From assembly GCF_001194135.2 (NCBI RefSeq), contig NC_068985.1:12515717-12557320 (forward strand): DNA of 41,604 nt, read 5' to 3'. Source of the stretch: Octopus bimaculoides. Its lineage: Eukaryota. Position numbers and translations under genes: made by a program. Positions 36,172 through 41,604 of the stretch are shown here, in pieces (within the stretch, counting starts at the first letter, position 1; each line of letters opens with the position of its first letter). The notes under the pieces were generated by a model, which was not told the DNA's origin, did no database searches, and saw only the letters and a program-made list of their open reading frames with translations.

Positions 36172-36448
36172 TATGCTGTCAACTTAATGTGACAGTCCCC
36201 TGAAGGGAATAATATTACTGTTGGCTAGACCTAGGAAGTTGCACCGCTTCCTGTCGGACTCGACACATTTCCTGTGTCCTTATGTTTACAAGGGGGAGAC
36301 AATCACCTCCACCCAAATTGTCTCCCCCTTGTAAACATAAGGACACAGAAAATGTGTCAAGGCCGAAAGGAAGTGGTGCAGCTTCTTAGGTCTAAACAAC
36401 AGTAGTATTATTCCCTTCAGGGGACTGCCACATCAAGTTGACAGCATA
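36172..36448. mobile_element. 277-bp foldback/MITE-like inverted repeat
   Basis: 132-bp arms at 36172-36303 and 36317-36448 with 12 mismatches, a 13-nt loop, and TA at both ends. Confidence 0.85.
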
Positions 36449-36535
36449 TCACTACTTTATCGTATCACTACTTTATCGTATCACTACTTTATTGTATCAC
36501 TACTTTATCGTATCACTACTTTATCGTATCACTAC
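36447..36535 (+). repeat. 16-bp minisatellite (tatcactactttatcg) x5.5
   Basis: Read directly. One unit has a single substitution. Confidence 0.97.
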
Positions 36536-37710
36536 TGCATAAATCTCTCTGAGAGATTTAGAAATGTATTATTTCTAAATATATTAAAAACCGAAATAAA
36601 CTGCAACTAGCTTATTCGCTACTACAGGAATGTTATCCTGGATATGCAAAAACAAAAACCTTCATATAAACGCTATTGAATATAGACATCTGATCACAAC
36701 ACCAGTCTGTGTGGATTTGCACCAAATTGTTCTGGATACCGAAATACTGAAGTACAGGTTAAAAGTAGAAACCATTGACTTGTAATATTGTCAATAATTT
36801 GCATTGATTTGGCTTTCGGGAAAATAAAGGTAAACATATATAGTGTGGAATAAATTAGATTTACATGTTTGCATTAAATGAGCTTCCTACGCATTCAAAA
36901 ATATAGTTGCGCAAATAAAGAACGTTAGCTCATCAGATCACCAGAGCATCATGTTTGCACCAAAGATTCAAACCAACGATGTAACTCGAAGTACAATCAC
37001 TGGACCTACTGAACATTTTTAACCACAGCAGTACTTATCAACGGTTCTGACCAGAAGAATTGAAAGAATCGACCTCATACAGAGACAGTGCATTATTTCA
37101 ATGACTCTGTGATGACAACGATCAGAGTTGACCTCGATAGATTTTCTGTCCAGCACCTTGAGCCATTCTTATAAAAATAGATGAATGGCTACATGACATC
37201 TTATGAGTTACGTGTTTTGCATTAGCAGTCAATACTTTCTCCTGGATGAAAAAAAAAAAAAGAAAAAACATCCAGTGGTTTCTCTCAGGTAACAATTTCG
37301 GAAATATATATTTTTTTTATTTGTAGTGAAATTCTCTGACATTCAACCGGTAACTATTATAGGCTATGTTGATGAAACGAAAGCACAAGAAGCAAGTAAA
37401 AACATTTCACATTAAAAGCCTATAACAGAAGAAAACAACAATATCATAGGGAGTTGAAAAGCTTGCAGTTTTATGTTTGCGAACTCTACACTTTGAGGCA
37501 TTAGGTTACATTGGAGAAGTAGGAATGGAAATCGCACAGCTAAGTAAAGTGTGTGAGAGAAAACGATAAGTGAAAGATATTGTTATATTCGATGGACAAA
37601 GCAGAGTTATCTAAAATAGCCCAATAGTATTTTTATAATCAAAAGTATATAGCTAAAATATCCACAATGATTTATAGAACAGTTACTGTCTGACAATAAA
37701 TATTGGTGCT

Positions 37711-38250
37711 AAGGCGGCGAGCTGGCAGAAACTTTAGTACACCGGGCGAAATGTGTAGCGGTATTTCGTCTGCCTTTATGTTCTGAGTTCAAATTCCGCC
37801 GAGGTCGACATTGCCTTTCATCATTTCGGGGTTTATTATCTAAGTACCAGTTACGCACTGATTCGATGTAATCGACTCAGTCCCTATGTCTGTCCTTGTT
37901 TGTCCCCTCTATGTTTAGCCCCCTGTGGGCAATAAAGAAATAAGAAACGTTAGTACACTGGGAGAAATGCTTAGCGGTATTTCGTCTGTCTTTACGTTCT
38001 GAGTTCAAATTACGCTGAGGTCGACTTTGCCTTTCATCCTTTCGGGGTCGATAAATTAAGTTCTAATTGCGTACTGAAGTCGAACTAATCGACTGGACTC
38101 CTCCCCCAAAATTTCGGGCTTTGTAATATACACTTACTGATAAGGTGTTTGCCTTTCATCCTTTCGGGGTCGATAAATTAAGTTCTAATTGCGTGCTGAG
38201 GTCGTACTAATCCACCAAAATTTCGGGATTTATGCCTAGAGAAGAAAAGA
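37711..38250 (+). mobile_element. Composite (dimeric plus partial duplication) Meta/MESC-like SINE
   Basis: Monomer 1 at 37711-~37940, a head-truncated monomer 2 at ~37941-38110, and a duplicated core at ~38147-38230. 15-bp TSD ataa(a/g)tattggtgct at 37696-37710 and 38251-38265. Confidence 0.92.
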
Positions 38251-39604
38251 ATAAGTATTGGTGCTCTCATTACATTTTAGAAATGTAAATGTCTAAATCA
38301 TGACAGAAACTCTCGGAAAATAGTGTTTTCGAAGACAATTATTGTCTTTGAAAATATTGTTTATAACGTTCATTCTATTAGCTGTAAAGCGGTTTTTGTG
38401 CAGTAAACAATAGCACGAAACATGTTATCATTAATAATAATAATTAGTTTTAGCATCATTGCAGAAGAAAAAAATAAACATGAAATCTATTGTTCTTAAT
38501 GAAGATTTTAAAGTGTCGTTCAGTGCATCGTTCTCATTCATAGCTTAATGTATTTAGGTTAATTTGTTTACATTTGTATAGTCATACATATAGATTTATA
38601 TTACATACTTGTTGATCCAACGCTTTGTCTGCACTACATGTTTGTCGTTTCCGGATCGCAAGTTTCAGAGAACCAAAAACTATGAAAAATGTATAAAAAC
38701 GAACAGAACAGAGAGTGAATAAATGACATTTCAAAACTACTGATTACAATAATTAATTTACTTAGTTAAATTCCAGTGCATACCTATGTAAACAATGATA
38801 GTTTATCTCTCACCAGTCGGAACACTTATTTTGTTCATCCCACTGATAATGGAACGATACACAATAAATACATATATTCATAAACACATATACGTATATA
38901 TGTATGTATATATATATATATATATATANNNNNNNNNNNNNNNNNNNNNNNNNNNNNNNNNNNNNNNNNNNNNNNNNNNNNNNNNNNNNNNNNNNNNNNN
39001 NNNNNNNNNNNNNNNNNNNNNNNNNNNNNNNNNNNNNNNNNNNNNNNNNNNNNNNNNNNNNNNNNNNNNNNNNNNNNNNNNNNNNNNNNNNNNNNNNNNN
39101 NNNNNNNNNNNNNNNNNNNNNNNNNNNNNNNNNNNNNNNNNNNNNNNNNNNNNNNNNNNNNNNNNNNNNNNNNNNNNNNNNNNNNNNNNNNNNNNNNNNN
39201 NNNNNNNNNNNNNNNNNNNNNNNNNNNNNNNNNNNNNNNNNNNNNNNNNNNNNNNNNNNNNNNNNNNNNNNNNNNNNNNNNNNNNNNNNNNNNNNNNNNN
39301 NNNNNNNNNNNNNNNNNNNNNNNNNNNNNNNNNNNNNNNNNNNNNNNNNNNNNNNNNNNNNNNNNNNNNNNNNNNNNNNNNNNNNNNNNNNNNNNNNNNN
39401 NNNNNNNNNNNNNNNNNNNNNNNNNNNNNNNNNNNNNNNNNNNNNNNNNNNNNNNNNNNNNNNNNNNNNNNNNNNNNNNNNNNNNNNNNNNNNNNNNNNN
39501 NTGTTAATTCTCTAAACGAGGTATTAACAGTAACTGCACTTTTTCGATATCAGTGAATAATTTCACTGGAAAAAATATATAAGTTTTGCCAGGAATTAGC
39601 TTTC

Positions 39605-39688
39605 TCATCGTAGATCGGTGGCTATCGGACGTTGACGAAGGGAAATAACCCTGAAACTCGAGTCCGTTCGTGCTATAGATCACGATGA
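39605..39688 (+). ncRNA. Minimal type I hammerhead ribozyme motif (U3 core variant)
   Basis: Stem I CGGACG (39626-31) / CGTTCG (39665-70). Core TTGACGA (39632-38). Stem II AGGG-aaataa-CCCT. Then GAAA and stem III AC-TCGA-GT, with C17 at 39664. Stem I is extended by ctat/atag, gat/atc and tcatcgt/acgatga. Confidence 0.75.
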
Positions 39689-40384
39689 AAGGGATAACTT
39701 CCCTTGGCAAAACAAAAATAGACAGGACACAGAAGTGTGTCGATAAGCCAGCTGGAGGAGATGTCCTCCTGGGGCTAAAAGCAACAGTAACATCCACCCC
39801 TAGGGGTCAGCCACATTTAAATGGCAATATACTTCACTATATATANNNNNNNNNNNNNNNNNNNNNNNNNNNNNNNNNNNNNNNNNNNNNNNNNNNNNNN
39901 NNNNNNNNNNNNNNNNNNNNNNNNNNNNNNNNNNNNNNNNNNNNNNNNNNNNNNNNNNNNNNNNNNNNNNNNNNNNNNNNNNNNNNNNNNNNNNNNNNNN
40001 NNNNNNNNNNNNNNNNNNNNNNNNNNNNNNNNNNNNNNNNNNNNNNNNNNNNNNNNNNNNNNNNNNNNNNNNNNNNNNNNNNNNNNNNNNNNNNNNNNNN
40101 NNNNNNNNNNNNNNNNNNNNNNNNNNNNNNNNNNNNNNNNNNNNNNNNNNNNNNNNNNNNNNNNNNNNNNNNNNNNNNNNNNNNNNNNNNNNNNNNNNNN
40201 NNNNNNNNNNNNNNNNNNNNNNNNNNNNNNNNNNNNNNNNNNNNNNNNNNNNNNNNNNNNNNNNNNTATATATATATATATGTCTTCACACGAAACTCCC
40301 TTGGAAATATGAGTGAGTTATTCAAACTCCAAAGAATTCCTCTTAGCGCATGGCTATGGTGCTAGTAATCAGAGAAACACATAT

Positions 40385-41375
40385 CATCAGTCACAGATTT
40401 TCTTCTTTCTCTTTGATCTTGTTGTCACCGGGTCATGCTATGCCGATTATCATGAAAGTTCTTTTTAACTCTTTTGTTCACCACAACAACGTCAGGCTCC
40501 AGCTGTCTGTTATGATGGTCACACTGAATCATTGCATCCCACAAGAATTCGGAGTGTTCATTCTCAGTAACTCCTTTTGGGAGTTGCTTTTTGTAGTCCG
40601 TACTTTCAACAGACCTCCAAATGGATTATTCTTGCCACGTTGTCATGCAGTCTTTTGTATTCCCATGATACCAGTATTCCCATGGTAACAATATGCTATA
40701 CCATTTCATCCTCTCACATCATATTCTGTATTTGTCACTCAGTTGTGTTGTCAATTCTGCACTTCACTTAGTTCGTTCTTAGCGCTTGTACTTGTAACCC
40801 GTCTGTTTCTAACGTAAGGCCATGCCTCTGCATCCATAGCAACCAGGCTTCTGTATGTTTCTTCGCATGTGTATCTCTTGCAAACTAACTGTATATCTTT
40901 TTTCTCTCCATGCTATTTCTTTCTTCGCATTCCTTTTCTATAACATTTTTCCTTTCTTTACACAATTATCATCTTTGAAAATGCCGGCTCACCTCCGATG
41001 TTTCAGGAATGGTTCCAAAACATTTTTTACATGCCACACTAAGTTGTTTTCTTCTTATCCCATCATTTCTTCTGTACAACTTATAAATGTCACTCTCACG
41101 ACGGGAATTCTCCGAGCACTGTTAATATTTCCCGTGTCATTCTCATCACTTCTTTCTTTTGTCAGCTTATGACACCAGCTTCATACCGGAGTGATGTTAT
41201 CGCCCTTGTATTTACCTCCCGATTTTATTCCACCCAGGCAATTTTCAGCGCAACACCAATCTTAGTGTTCAGAAATATTCATTCCTCAGCTGTTTATTTT
41301 TTATTTCCTTCCCCATGATACCTTTGAACTCTAGTATGCTAAAGTATTTATAGTCTACTTTCCAATTTGCTTCAT
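40385..41375 (-). mobile_element. R4/Dong-like LINE relic: RT thumb, knuckle region and RLE
   Basis: DYKYFSILE...RYEAGVI...WREKKIYS*FAR...LETDG..QVQALRTN*VKCRID...EYKRLHDNVARIIHLEVC*KYGL..GVTENEHSEFLWDAMIQCDH..EPDVVVVNKR..MIIGIA*PGDNKIKEKEE. Confidence 0.9.
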
Positions 41376-41495
<120 letters not shown>

Positions 41496-41604
41496 GTTCA
41501 GTAGTTTTATTTTTATAACGTGCTTTCGCTTCACTACCGAGCGCAGCTCTGTGCGCCTTGGGTATGTGCTGTGGTTTGCTGTGGTGCTCTTATGGTTACT
41601 GTAT
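41496..41604 (-). mobile_element. 3' UTR and stop codon of an R4/Dong-like LINE (continues beyond the window)
   Basis: About 94% identical to 18152-18260. Confidence 0.92.

Noticed and set aside
36447-36535. Regular repeat considered as a CRISPR array
   Set aside because: Head-to-tail units with no spacers, in a eukaryotic context.
36890-36945. Minus-strand CTGATGAGC...GCGCAACTATA hammerhead-like remnant
   Set aside because: The GAAA box and cleavage triplet are mutated and stem I does not pair.

Overview
AT-rich, repeat-dense animal genomic DNA from a gapped short-read assembly, with 10 N-gaps totalling about 4.7 kb, most of them bordered by (TA)n. The SINE families and microsatellite density point to a coleoid cephalopod, most likely Octopus (inference). 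I cannot support any intact host protein-coding gene, rRNA or tRNA gene, or CRISPR array. Most long ORFs in the track are microsatellite or gap read-throughs. The window is dominated by relics of RLE-type (R4/Dong-like) non-LTR retrotransposons, one L1/Tx1 3' fragment, three tRNA-derived SINE lineages (Meta/MESC-like, CORE-like, V-domain), a mariner relic, MITEs and a Helentron-like non-autonomous element. The most notable observations are: (1) a minimal type I hammerhead ribozyme with a palindromic stem III (39605-39688); (2) a decayed paired-domain (Pax-like) reading frame, probably from a Tc1/IS630-type transposase (34416-34783); (3) repeated abutment of RLE LINE ends against family-specific microsatellites, (AAT)n or (ATAC)n, suggesting targeted, nested insertion; (4) a 1-kb inverted array of a ~335-bp unit and a 277-bp near-perfect hairpin. 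All protein similarities were judged by eye from manual translation, and no database searches were run.
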